Shown: positions 36,416-45,387 of the stretch, one piece after another
Layout: the number at the start of each line of letters is the position of its first letter
Position numbering within the stretch: the stretch's first letter is position 1
Assembly: GCA_965140415.1 (NCBI GenBank)
Contig: OZ223209.1
Location: forward strand, 2,880,001 to 2,944,000
DNA: 64,000 bases
From: Myxococcota bacterium
GTDB lineage: Bacteria; Myxococcota_A; SURF-8
Reading direction: 5' to 3'
Made by a program: the position numbers and the translations under genes
Notes under the pieces: model-generated
What the model was told of the DNA's origin: nothing
Database searches by the model: none
The model's input: the letters and a program-made list of their open reading frames with translations, nothing else

Positions 36416-37912
36416 TCAGCGGAGAATGGCCGATGGAGGGATGATTTCTGCGTCACTTTGCTCGCCAGAAAATTCCTGGTCACCATCGGTAACAGATAGA
36501 TCATTCTCTATAGTATCCGCTTCCAGCTCGGCTGCGTCAAGTGTATCTAGATCAATGTCTCCATTTGGAATTACATCTCCATCAGGAGTGACGTCTCCGT
36601 CAGGAGTGACGTCTCCGTCAGGAGTGACGTCTCCGTCAGGAGTGACGTCTCCATCAGGCGTGACGTCTCCATCAGGAGTGACGTCGCCATCGGGAGTGAC
36701 ATCGCCATCAGGCGTGATATCTCCATCAGGAGTGACGTCGCCATCAGGAGCGACATCCCCATCAGGAGTGACGTCTCCATCAGGAGTGATATCTCCATCT
36801 GGTGCGACATCTCCATCAGGTGTGATATCTCCATCTGGTGTGATATCTCCATCTGGTGCGACATCTCCATCTGGTGCGACATCTCCATCAGGTGTGATAT
36901 CTCCATCTGGTGGGACATCTCCGTCAGGTGTGATATCTCCATCAGGGGAGAAATCCCCATCGGGTTCGTCGCAGGCAATCATGGTGTAATCCATACTGCA
37001 ACTCAAGCAATCAAGCGTCAACGCCTGTTTTTCGTCCGAATAACTGAGTTGGCATCCTTGGTTTCCTAGCATTGGAAGAGGAGCTTGTTGCAAAGTAGTG
37101 CAGTCGGAAGTGGCAAACAATGAGGTTTCTGCACCAGATGCGCTAACGGACAGAATCTGATAGGAACAGAGATCCGGAACTAACGGTTGGTTGGTGTCGT
37201 CCAGATCTGCTGATTCGAATCGGAAAGAGGCAACTCCCACACAGCCGGTCACGTTTCGCGCACACCAGTCACCACTAAATGCTTCGCAGGAACAGGCATT
37301 ATCTCCATCGGTTTCCTGGTCGCCATCCGATACGATTTCCTGATCCGAATAAAAAAGGGCGAAGATGCTGAAATGAATCGTGTCGAAAATGCTCAGATGA
37401 CCATCTGTCTGTACCGATCCCTGCAACGGTTGCCAGTCGGTTGAGTATGGATTGCTGGTTGTAAAGGCACGGACGTTTTGAATCTGCTGTTCGTTCGACA
37501 TGGTGCCGGGAGAATAGGGCATTTCGATTGTAACCGGTTTGGCAAAAGTTAGACCTTCCGGTCCCAGCCACAGCCCGATTGAAATTCGTTTGTATTGCGC
37601 CCGTTCTAGATCGCTTTCATCGATACTCTCCGAGTCGATTCCATCCGAATAGAATGCAGGTACTTCTTCACTAACGATTTCAAAGGCTTCCAAAATGGTG
37701 GGCTGAGTCAATGCATTGGGTGGCACGATGATTTTCGTCCCTTTTGGCCCAAGCATGGTACCTCCCGCCTCGCCGATGGTTTGATACACCACCGTTTCGG
37801 TAACGGCCTTTCCATCCGAGCAGCCGGCTGTTACGAGTGGGATCGTACAAGCCAGAAAAAAGAAAAACGTAAGCGAGGCGCGAATCGATCGTTTCATAAA
37901 CTCTGCTCCCAT
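36416..37912 (-). CDS. Lipoprotein with ZU5-like domain and (PDGDxx)23 tandem repeat
   Basis: Lipobox TAGC; IGEAGG...IIVPPNAL...LGPEGLTFAKPVTIEMPY...HFSIFAL ZU5-like pattern; C-terminal PDGD array. Confidence 0.8.
   Translation of the reverse strand: MGAEFMKRSIRASLTFFFFLACTIPLVTAGCSDGKAVTETVVYQTIGEAGGTMLGPKGTKIIVPPNALTQPTILEAFEIVSEEVPAFYSDGIDSESIDESDLERAQYKRISIGLWLGPEGLTFAKPVTIEMPYSPGTMSNEQQIQNVRAFTTSNPYSTDWQPLQGSVQTDGHLSIFDTIHFSIFALFYSDQEIVSDGDQETDGDNACSCEAFSGDWCARNVTGCVGVASFRFESADLDDTNQPLVPDLCSYQILSVSASGAETSLFATSDCTTLQQAPLPMLGNQGCQLSYSDEKQALTLDCLSCSMDYTMIACDEPDGDFSPDGDITPDGDVPPDGDITPDGDVAPDGDVAPDGDITPDGDITPDGDVAPDGDITPDGDVTPDGDVAPDGDVTPDGDITPDGDVTPDGDVTPDGDVTPDGDVTPDGDVTPDGDVTPDGDVTPDGDVIPNGDIDLDTLDAAELEADTIENDLSVTDGDQEFSGEQSDAEIIPPSAILR
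36551..36964 (-). repeat. Coding tandem repeat, 23 x 18 bp (PDGD[VI][TA])
   Basis: Plus-strand units such as AGTGACGTCTCCGTCAGG repeated; several adjacent units are identical. Confidence 0.95.
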
Positions 37913-37961
37913 GCGCCTTGCTTAAGGCGCGGGTTGATAAACCGGAAAAGTCCGGTAGAAA

Positions 37962-40352
37962 TTATTCTTCGCCGCGAATCGGCATGTTGGCGTCTCTCAA
38001 TGCCTTCAACAAACCTTCATGCAAAGCAGCGGTTTCTTCATGAGCCAGGGTGCAATCTTTAGCGCCGAAGACCACGCGATAAGTAACAGCCTTTTTGCCT
38101 TGTGTCAGGCGTTCTCCTTCATATTTGTACAGGAATGCCATGTCGAACAATCGTTTTCCTGCGGCCTTTCTGATCACTTGTTCGATTTCCGCTACCGGGC
38201 GGGTACGGTCGACCACGACTGTAATTTCAACCGGGTTGACAGGGAAGCGTTGCAGCGGTTCAAAAGCCAGCTTCTTTCTGGGTAGATTGAAAAGAAGATC
38301 GACATCCAGATCGAACAGCGCCACACGTTTTTTCAATTCGAAACGATCCGCAATTCGCGGATGCAGTTCTCCAAGCAGGCCGATGGTCTTTTTCGCGAAA
38401 TTCAATTGGATGGATCTGCCCGGATGCAGCCAACTCGGCAGATTCTGAGGAATCGTCACCTGCACGTTGGGAAGGCGGATTTCTTCCAGTAACTGGAGGA
38501 TCAACCCCTTAGTAACGTAGAAAGGCGTTTCTTCTTCACCATATACCGCGCCGCACAAGCGGGTGGTTTCATTTGCAAGTGCCTTGTCGTTTCGATCCTG
38601 TTTGCGAATGGTACGGCCTAGTTCGAACAGGCGGAACTGCTCGAAATGCTTCTGGTTTGTGGCGCAATTGGCGATAATTTGCGGAATCAGGTCGCCCCGC
38701 ATACGATCTGCATCCACCGAAATCGGATTTCGCAAGCGCAAGTAACCTTCCGTATCAAAGCCCGCCTTCTCATAAGTCTGTGGATTGGCAAAGGAGTAAT
38801 TCGACACTTCGTCGAAATTCAGCTTTTGACAAAGGATATCGCGGAGTTGCCATTCCAGTTCTCGTTGAAGGTTGGCTCGCGGAGGATCGGAAAGAACCAA
38901 GGGAGCAATTGGCGTGATGTTGTCGTAACCGTAAATACGACCGATTTCTTCTACGATGTCGGCTTTCATGCTGACGTCACCGGTGGCGCGATAAGAAGGA
39001 ACTGTCAAATGCAATTGTTGACCGTTGCGTTCCACTCCATATCGCAGGCTTTCCAGGATACCGATGATCTGCTCTTCCGGCAGCCGTTCTCCAAGCCGGG
39101 TATGAATGTGTTCGAAATCGATATCGATCTTAATCGTTTCTGGCGGTGAGGGCCAAGCATCTAGAAATTCAGATACTACTTGAGCCTGCGGGCAGGTTTC
39201 GCGAATCAATTCCACTGCCCGGATAATCGACGGATAGGTGGCGGCGGGATCCTGTCCTTTTTCGAAACGCTGCGCAGAATCGGTACGCAGGTTCAGCCGG
39301 TTCGCGGTGCGACGAATCGTTGCAGGGTGGAAATTGGCGGATTCGAGCACCACGCAAGTGGTGTCGTCCACGATTTCCGAATTCATACCACCCATGACAC
39401 CGCCCAGCGCTACGGCCCGTTGTGTGTCAGCGATGACGATATCGCTCTCAAGCAGTTTGTGTTCGTTTTCATCGAGAGTCGTGAAAATCTCATCTGCCTT
39501 GGCTGTGCGAATCACGATGCAATCACCCTGAATTTGTCGGCGGTCGAAGGCATGCATCGGCTGACCCAACTCAAGCATCACGTAGTTGGTCACATCCACA
39601 AGGTTGTTTATGGGTCGCAATCCCACGCTACGCAAGCGGTGTTGCATCCATGCCGGACTGGGTTTGACTTCTACGTTATTGACTACCAGTGCAGAATAAC
39701 GCGGACACAACTCCGACGTTTGATTGTCGATGCGCAACGGGTCCGGATTTTCCGGCTTTACCAAAAGCGATTCGTCCACGCTGAAGCGTTGCGGCTTGTT
39801 GTAAATGGCGGCCAGTTCACGTGAAAAACCGACGTGCCCCCAAAGGTCCGGGCGGTTGGTCAGTGATTTATTGTCTACTTCCAATACGATGTCCATTGGA
39901 CCATAGAGCTTGTCCAGGGTGATACCGATGGGCGTGTCTTGCGGGAAGATCAAAATGCCTTCGTGGCTTTCTGAAAGTCCCAGTTCATCTTCGGCGCAGA
40001 TCATTCCTTCCGAGCGAATGCCGCGAATCGAGGAGGCTTTCAATTCGCCACCAGGTAACTTCGTCCCGATCTTGGCCAGGGCGACGATCTGGTCCATGGC
40101 GACATTTGGGGCGCCGCAGACCACTTCCATTTCGCTCTGTCCGTCGTTAACGCGCACCAATCGAAGTTTGTCCGCGTTGGGATGAGGATTGATCTGTGTG
40201 ACCCGCGCCGTGACGACCTGATGCAAATGCTCCCAGCAGGTTTCCACTTCCTCGACTTCGGCGGTAGCCATGGTTACGCGTTCCATCAATTCCGCCGGTG
40301 TAATGTCGGCCAATTCTACAAAATCTCGAATCCAGTTCAGCGATATCTTCAA
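37962..40352 (-). CDS. pheT: Phenylalanine--tRNA ligase beta subunit
   Basis: MKISLNWI, HPNADKL...VVCGAPNV, INNLVDVTNYVMLELGQPMHAFD, TDSAQRFEKG, DIVEEIGRIYGYDNI, FDX-ACB C-terminus. Confidence 0.97.
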   Translation of the reverse strand: MKISLNWIRDFVELADITPAELMERVTMATAEVEEVETCWEHLHQVVTARVTQINPHPNADKLRLVRVNDGQSEMEVVCGAPNVAMDQIVALAKIGTKLPGGELKASSIRGIRSEGMICAEDELGLSESHEGILIFPQDTPIGITLDKLYGPMDIVLEVDNKSLTNRPDLWGHVGFSRELAAIYNKPQRFSVDESLLVKPENPDPLRIDNQTSELCPRYSALVVNNVEVKPSPAWMQHRLRSVGLRPINNLVDVTNYVMLELGQPMHAFDRRQIQGDCIVIRTAKADEIFTTLDENEHKLLESDIVIADTQRAVALGGVMGGMNSEIVDDTTCVVLESANFHPATIRRTANRLNLRTDSAQRFEKGQDPAATYPSIIRAVELIRETCPQAQVVSEFLDAWPSPPETIKIDIDFEHIHTRLGERLPEEQIIGILESLRYGVERNGQQLHLTVPSYRATGDVSMKADIVEEIGRIYGYDNITPIAPLVLSDPPRANLQRELEWQLRDILCQKLNFDEVSNYSFANPQTYEKAGFDTEGYLRLRNPISVDADRMRGDLIPQIIANCATNQKHFEQFRLFELGRTIRKQDRNDKALANETTRLCGAVYGEEETPFYVTKGLILQLLEEIRLPNVQVTIPQNLPSWLHPGRSIQLNFAKKTIGLLGELHPRIADRFELKKRVALFDLDVDLLFNLPRKKLAFEPLQRFPVNPVEITVVVDRTRPVAEIEQVIRKAAGKRLFDMAFLYKYEGERLTQGKKAVTYRVVFGAKDCTLAHEETAALHEGLLKALRDANMPIRGEE

Positions 40353-40404
40353 CGTAAAACTCCCTTGGATAAGGATGTTGGGTGTTTGCCTTTTTTAATA
40401 AAGC

Positions 40405-41424
40405 CTAGAATTGTCGGATAAAGCGCAGATCGCCGGACAGAAAATGCCGGATATCGTCGATCCCATAGCGCATCATCACAAGGCGGCTCAGTCCCAGACC
40501 AAATGCGAATCCCGAGTAGACGTCCGGATCGATTTGCGCCATCGACAAAACATTGGGATGCACAAGGCCGCAAGGTAGAAGTTCTACCCAGCCGGTTTGC
40601 TTACAGACCGAGCAACCGCTGCCGCCGCAGATCTGACATTGAATGTCCAACTCGAAGCCCGGTTCCACGAAGGGGAAAAAGCCGGGGCGCAGCCGGATCT
40701 TCATGTCTTTTCCGAAAATCTCCCGCAATAGCGAACGCATGAAATGGATGAGATGCGCAACCGAAATGTTACGATCCACCATCAATCCTTCCATTTGCCA
40801 GAAAGTGTTCTCATGGCTGGCGTCTGTGGCCTCGTAACGGAAAACGCGCCCCGGTGCGATCAGTCGCAGCGGCGGTTTTCGATTAGCCATGCCGCGAATC
40901 TGAATGCAGGATGTATGCGTGCGCAGCAGGTTGCCGTCTTCCGTCCAGAACGTGTCTTGCATGTCGCGTGCCGGATGATCTCCGGGGATGTTCAGTGCTT
41001 CGAAATTGTTGTATTCGGATTCCGTTTCCGGACCATCCAAAATCTCGAATCCCATAGAAGTGAAGATGTTCTCCAGTTCCCGCTGAACTAAGTGAATCGG
41101 GAACAGGTGACCCAACTCATTTGTGACGCCGGGTTCGGTTACGTCAATCCATTCACGCTCGCCGATATCATCGTAGCGGCCTTCCACCAGAGCCACTTTA
41201 CGTTGTTCTATTGCCGCTTCTACGGACAGTTTGGTCTCGTTGATCCATTTGCCGATCTCGCGCCGCTCTTCGGGAGGAAAATCGCGCAGGGTTTTCATTA
41301 GTGACGTGATCGAGCCCTTTTTGCCGAGATAGTTCACCTTGCACTCGTGCAGTTGCGTATCATCCGTACATGCTTCGATGGCGATCTGCGCCTGCTGTTT
41401 GAGTTCTTCCAACTTCTGCTGCAT
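40405..41424 (-). CDS. pheS: Phenylalanine--tRNA ligase alpha subunit
   Basis: ATG 41424 (MQQKL); YLGKKG, NFEALNIP.DHPARDMQDTF, LLRTHTS, FFPFVEPG, GFAFGLGL. Confidence 0.97.
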   Translation of the reverse strand: MQQKLEELKQQAQIAIEACTDDTQLHECKVNYLGKKGSITSLMKTLRDFPPEERREIGKWINETKLSVEAAIEQRKVALVEGRYDDIGEREWIDVTEPGVTNELGHLFPIHLVQRELENIFTSMGFEILDGPETESEYNNFEALNIPGDHPARDMQDTFWTEDGNLLRTHTSCIQIRGMANRKPPLRLIAPGRVFRYEATDASHENTFWQMEGLMVDRNISVAHLIHFMRSLLREIFGKDMKIRLRPGFFPFVEPGFELDIQCQICGGSGCSVCKQTGWVELLPCGLVHPNVLSMAQIDPDVYSGFAFGLGLSRLVMMRYGIDDIRHFLSGDLRFIRQF

Positions 41425-41802
41425 AGCCGCTGCCTTTCCTGACTGCAAACAACATCGTTTGCATCCGCAACAATGAATTACAATCAACCGGAAATTCGTT
41501 TGTCCGGTTTGATGTATCCTAACAGATATTTTCCCCTCCACCACGAAAATCGAGGTCATCCAGCGATCCTGTCGGGCGAAGAATGGACGCACTATTATAA
41601 AGGTTTTTATTTTAAAAGAAAGATTTCTCCTATGAAATCAGCCTAAAACTTGTAGACGGCAATTTTGCTCGGAATGCGTTGAAATCAAACGAAGTTTGCG
41701 TTGGCTAACGATTTCTAGGTCGACTGGATACGCGTCCGACTTTTCCCTTGCGATGCGCTTCATTGACCGTTATACCAGATAGTAAGGGGTGTATCGTTTA
41801 TA

Positions 41803-43179
41803 TTGTATCGGGGTATTCAATTGACGGATATTAAACAGGTATTTCATGTTCAGGCTGCTTTCGATCCCAAACGTAAACAACTGTTTCGGGATGCGGAACT
41901 CTTTGTTGAAAATGGGATTTTAAAAGCGATATTGGAAGCAACGGATAAAAGTCCGGCTGCCGAAACGATTCGACGAGAATTTGAGCATGCCAAACGTGTA
42001 AATGAACAAAATGCAATCGCGTTGCCGGGACTTGTGAATTCGCATCAGCATGCCTACAGCGCGTTAGCACGAGGTATGCCCATTACGGAACCGATGCCGG
42101 ATTTTCCATCACGATTACAAGTGCTTTGGTGGAGATTGGATCGGGCCTTACAGGAAGAAAGCATAAAGTATTCTGCTTTGACTACCGCTATCGAAGCGGT
42201 TCGTCATGGCTGCACGTCGATCGTCGATCATCATTCCTCACCGAACGCCACCAGGGGAAGTCTTGACGTTATAACGAAGGCATTTTCTAAGTTCAATTTG
42301 CGCTCCGTGCTGTGTCACGAAACATCGGATCGAAACGGTTCGGACAAATTCGAACAATCGATAGAGGAAAACCTGGCATTTTCCCAAACCCACAAAACCT
42401 CGAATAGAGTTCGTGGGCTTTTAGGTTTGCACGCCGGTTTTACACTTTCCGAGCAATCTCTTAAGGAGGTGGCTGCCAGGAGACCGAGCGATCTTCCCAT
42501 TCACATTCACCTAGCAGAAGATCGTTGCGATGTCACGTTTGCAAAAGAGCTTGGCTATGACGGTCCGCTGGCGCGTCTGCATGCTTACGGATTGTTAGAC
42601 AAGCACAGTCTGCTGGCTCACTGTGTTCACTTGAGCAAATCCGAGCAGGATCTTGCAAAAGAGTTAGGGGTATGGGTCGCTCACAATCCCGAGTCCAACT
42701 TGAACAATCGAGTTGGCTATGCTGAAGTGGATCAACTCGATCCGAATCGGATATTATTGGGAACAGACGGCATGAGCGGTGACATGCTGACTTCCGCTCG
42801 GGTCGCCTTTCTGCTTTATTCCGCTTTCGGTGGAGGTGCGCAGGCTCCGTTGGAATTTGCATGGCGGATTTTGTTTGAAAACACATATGCATATCTATCT
42901 GAAATGTTTGGAGAAACCCTAGGCGGATTTGAAGTCGACCAACCAGCCGATTTCGCAATCTTCCCTTATCCCTCTCCAACATCGATCATGGAAGAGAATA
43001 TCCAAGCACATGTCTTTTACGGGCTGTCAAATCATACACGAGCCCGTTGGGTCATGGCGGGAGGCACTGTCGTTCTGGAAGATGGGAGGCTAACGGTTCT
43101 GGATGAACGTGTCGTGATGCAAGAAGCCAGGGCCTGCGCCGAGAAACTATGGAATGAATACAAATCTCCAAGTTGTTGA
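41803..43179 (+). CDS. ssnA: SsnA-like amidohydrolase (purine catabolism); start uncertain
   Basis: PGLVNSHQHAYSALARG, LWWRLDRAL, IVDHHSSP, ETSDRNG, HIHLAE, HNPESNLNN, LGTDG; cluster context. Confidence 0.85.
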   Translation: MYRGIQLTDIKQVFHVQAAFDPKRKQLFRDAELFVENGILKAILEATDKSPAAETIRREFEHAKRVNEQNAIALPGLVNSHQHAYSALARGMPITEPMPDFPSRLQVLWWRLDRALQEESIKYSALTTAIEAVRHGCTSIVDHHSSPNATRGSLDVITKAFSKFNLRSVLCHETSDRNGSDKFEQSIEENLAFSQTHKTSNRVRGLLGLHAGFTLSEQSLKEVAARRPSDLPIHIHLAEDRCDVTFAKELGYDGPLARLHAYGLLDKHSLLAHCVHLSKSEQDLAKELGVWVAHNPESNLNNRVGYAEVDQLDPNRILLGTDGMSGDMLTSARVAFLLYSAFGGGAQAPLEFAWRILFENTYAYLSEMFGETLGGFEVDQPADFAIFPYPSPTSIMEENIQAHVFYGLSNHTRARWVMAGGTVVLEDGRLTVLDERVVMQEARACAEKLWNEYKSPSC

Positions 43180-43260
43180 AATACAAAGGGATCGTCTGTA
43201 TATTGGTGGCAGGTTGTACGGCTTTTCTGGCAACCATTAACTGAAGAAAGGTACGTTCGC

Positions 43261-44169
43261 ATGGCCATTGATTTTTCCGTGAATCTGGCAGGGATGACGC
43301 TGGCCAACCCTTTGATGCCGGGCGCAGGACCGCCTGGAGATAATTTACGCAAGCTGCTCGCTCTGGATGCGGCGGGTATTGGTGGTTTGGTAACGAAAAC
43401 GGCTTCTGTGCTGTTGCCCCACGTGCCGAAACCGGCCATGGCCAGTGATGATATCCTGTTTTTCAACGTCGAAAAATGGTCCGAAAAACCATACACGGAA
43501 TGGCTGGAAACGATCCTGCCCGCACTGGAAAAACGGCAAGCGCCGCTAATCGCTTCATTGGGTTATACACCGGAAGATCTGGAAAAATTGATTCCGCTGT
43601 TCGATCCGCTGGTCGATGCGTTTGAGTTATCCACTCACTACGTTTCCGGCAGCGCAGCAAATCTGTTGGCAACGGTGAAACTTGCAAAGTCGATGACGAA
43701 CAAACCGGTGTTCATGAAATTGAGTTGGCATGCCGGGGATATCGTAGCGAATGCCATTATCTGCGAAAAGGGAGGTGCGGACGGCATTACTGCCATCAAT
43801 TCGGTGGGACCGGTGATGTCCATCGACATCAACAAGCGCGCGGCTCGGCTGGGTGAAAGCGAACCGTACATGTGGCTATCAGGACCGGCGGTCAAACCGA
43901 TGGCCTTGCGGGCCGTCTACGACATCGCCTGTGCCGTGGACATTCCGGTGATTGCCTGTGGCGGCGTACAGAGCGGCGAAGACGTGATCGAATTCATGCT
44001 TGCAGGTGCAACGGCAGTAGAAAGCTGCACCGGATTTATCCGCATGAAATCGGACTTGGTACAACTGGCGCTTGCCGAAATGGAAGCCTGGTGTGACGAT
44101 CAGGGCGTTGAAAATATTTCGGATATTATCGGTACGGTCATTCCTCATTTCTTGAAGCGGGAGAAATAA
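43261..44169 (+). CDS. Dihydroorotate/dihydropyrimidine dehydrogenase (PreA)-like FMN barrel, atypical active-site loop
   Basis: LANPLMPGAGPP, VTKT, PVFMKL, AINSVGP, LSGPAVKP, IACGGV, EFMLAGA; ELSTHY in place of ELNxSCP. Confidence 0.8.
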   Translation: MAIDFSVNLAGMTLANPLMPGAGPPGDNLRKLLALDAAGIGGLVTKTASVLLPHVPKPAMASDDILFFNVEKWSEKPYTEWLETILPALEKRQAPLIASLGYTPEDLEKLIPLFDPLVDAFELSTHYVSGSAANLLATVKLAKSMTNKPVFMKLSWHAGDIVANAIICEKGGADGITAINSVGPVMSIDINKRAARLGESEPYMWLSGPAVKPMALRAVYDIACAVDIPVIACGGVQSGEDVIEFMLAGATAVESCTGFIRMKSDLVQLALAEMEAWCDDQGVENISDIIGTVIPHFLKREK

Positions 44170-44170
44170 C

Positions 44171-45382
44171 GTGAGCGATGAACAGCATTCCAGCATTCTT
44201 GAACAGGCCAGAAATCTGCAAGACGAAACCGTTCGTTTCCTTTGCGACATGGTGCGTACGCCTTCTTTCAGTGGCAAGGAAAAAGATGTAATCGAGGTGA
44301 TTAGCAAGGAAATGGAATCCACCGGATTCGACGAAGTCCGCGTGGATGGTATGGGCAATGTCATTGGGCGAATCGGCAACGGTCCGCGTGTCTTGGCTTT
44401 CGATGCGCACATCGACACGGTTTATCCGGGAGACTTGGTGCAGTGGAGTTTCGATCCTTTTACTCCTAAAGTTGAGGACGGAAAGGTCTGGGGGCGGGGT
44501 ACTGTGGATCAGGAAGGCGGTATGGCCTCGATGGTTGCTGCCGGTAAACTGATCAAGCAAATGAAACTGAACGAGAAGTTTAGCATCTACTTTACCGGTA
44601 CGGTGATGGAGGAAGACTGCGACGGATTGTGCTGGCAATACCTGATTCAGGAAGAGAAACTCCGCCCTGAACTGGTGGTGATTACCGAACCGACCAACAT
44701 GAATCTCTATCGCGGTCACAGAGGCCGTATGGAAATGGAAGTTCATGTCAGTGGCGTGTCCTGTCATGGTTCGGCACCGGAACGTGGTGACAACGCCATT
44801 TACAAAGCTGCGCGCATTGCCCTGGAAATCGAGAAGTTGCATGAACGATTGCATAGTGATCCCTTTTTGGGAAAAGGTAGTATCACCGTGACGCAGGCAA
44901 GTTCAAATTCGCCGTCACAGTGCGCTGTGCCTGATGGCGCGGGATTGTATCTGGATCGACGATTGACGTTGGGAGATACAAAGGAAAGCGCGATGGCCGA
45001 AGTACAGGATGCCGCCGCACGCGCCGGATATCCAGATGCCAAAGTGTCAGTGCCGATGTACGAAGAGGCTGCGTACACCGGGTTGGTTTACCCGGTAGAA
45101 AAATACTATCCGACCTGGGCTATCGAGGAAAACTCTCCTTGGATTCGCCATGCACAGAAAGCCTATCAATCGGCTTTAAGTCGAGCTGCGTTTGTGGATA
45201 AGTGGACCTTCAGCACGAACGGTGTGGCCATTTGCGGCATGCATGGGATTCCCTGTATCGGTCTGGGACCGGGTAATGAGATTTACGCACACGCCGTTAA
45301 CGAAGCCTGTCCCATCGAGCATCTAAACGAAGCGGCTGCATTTTATGCGGCCTTGGTGGCTGAATTGAACGAGAACGGCTAA
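44171..45382 (+). CDS. ygeY: YgeY-family M20 hydrolase
   Basis: DAHIDTV, GRGTVDQEGG, EEDCDGLCW, YRGHRGRME, GVSCHGSAPERGDNAI, DKWTFSTNG, GPGNE. Confidence 0.93.
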   Translation: MSDEQHSSILEQARNLQDETVRFLCDMVRTPSFSGKEKDVIEVISKEMESTGFDEVRVDGMGNVIGRIGNGPRVLAFDAHIDTVYPGDLVQWSFDPFTPKVEDGKVWGRGTVDQEGGMASMVAAGKLIKQMKLNEKFSIYFTGTVMEEDCDGLCWQYLIQEEKLRPELVVITEPTNMNLYRGHRGRMEMEVHVSGVSCHGSAPERGDNAIYKAARIALEIEKLHERLHSDPFLGKGSITVTQASSNSPSQCAVPDGAGLYLDRRLTLGDTKESAMAEVQDAAARAGYPDAKVSVPMYEEAAYTGLVYPVEKYYPTWAIEENSPWIRHAQKAYQSALSRAAFVDKWTFSTNGVAICGMHGIPCIGLGPGNEIYAHAVNEACPIEHLNEAAAFYAALVAELNENG

Positions 45383-45387
45383 GCAAA

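Noticed and set aside
36551-36964. Possible CRISPR array
   Set aside because: Contiguous 18-bp units with no unique spacers, in frame within a CDS; no cas genes.
36342-36989. 215-aa (TSPSGV)n ORF on plus and 135-aa (METSLL)n ORF on minus
   Set aside because: Alternative frames of the 18-bp PDGD repeat, stop-free only because of its periodicity.
41425-41600. T-box riboswitch or PheM-like attenuator upstream of pheS
   Set aside because: No T-box consensus or terminator U-tract; the Phe-Phe codons are in an in-frame upstream extension, not a separate leader peptide.
41600-41802. Purine riboswitch upstream of ssnA
   Set aside because: Conserved purine-aptamer core sequences not found.
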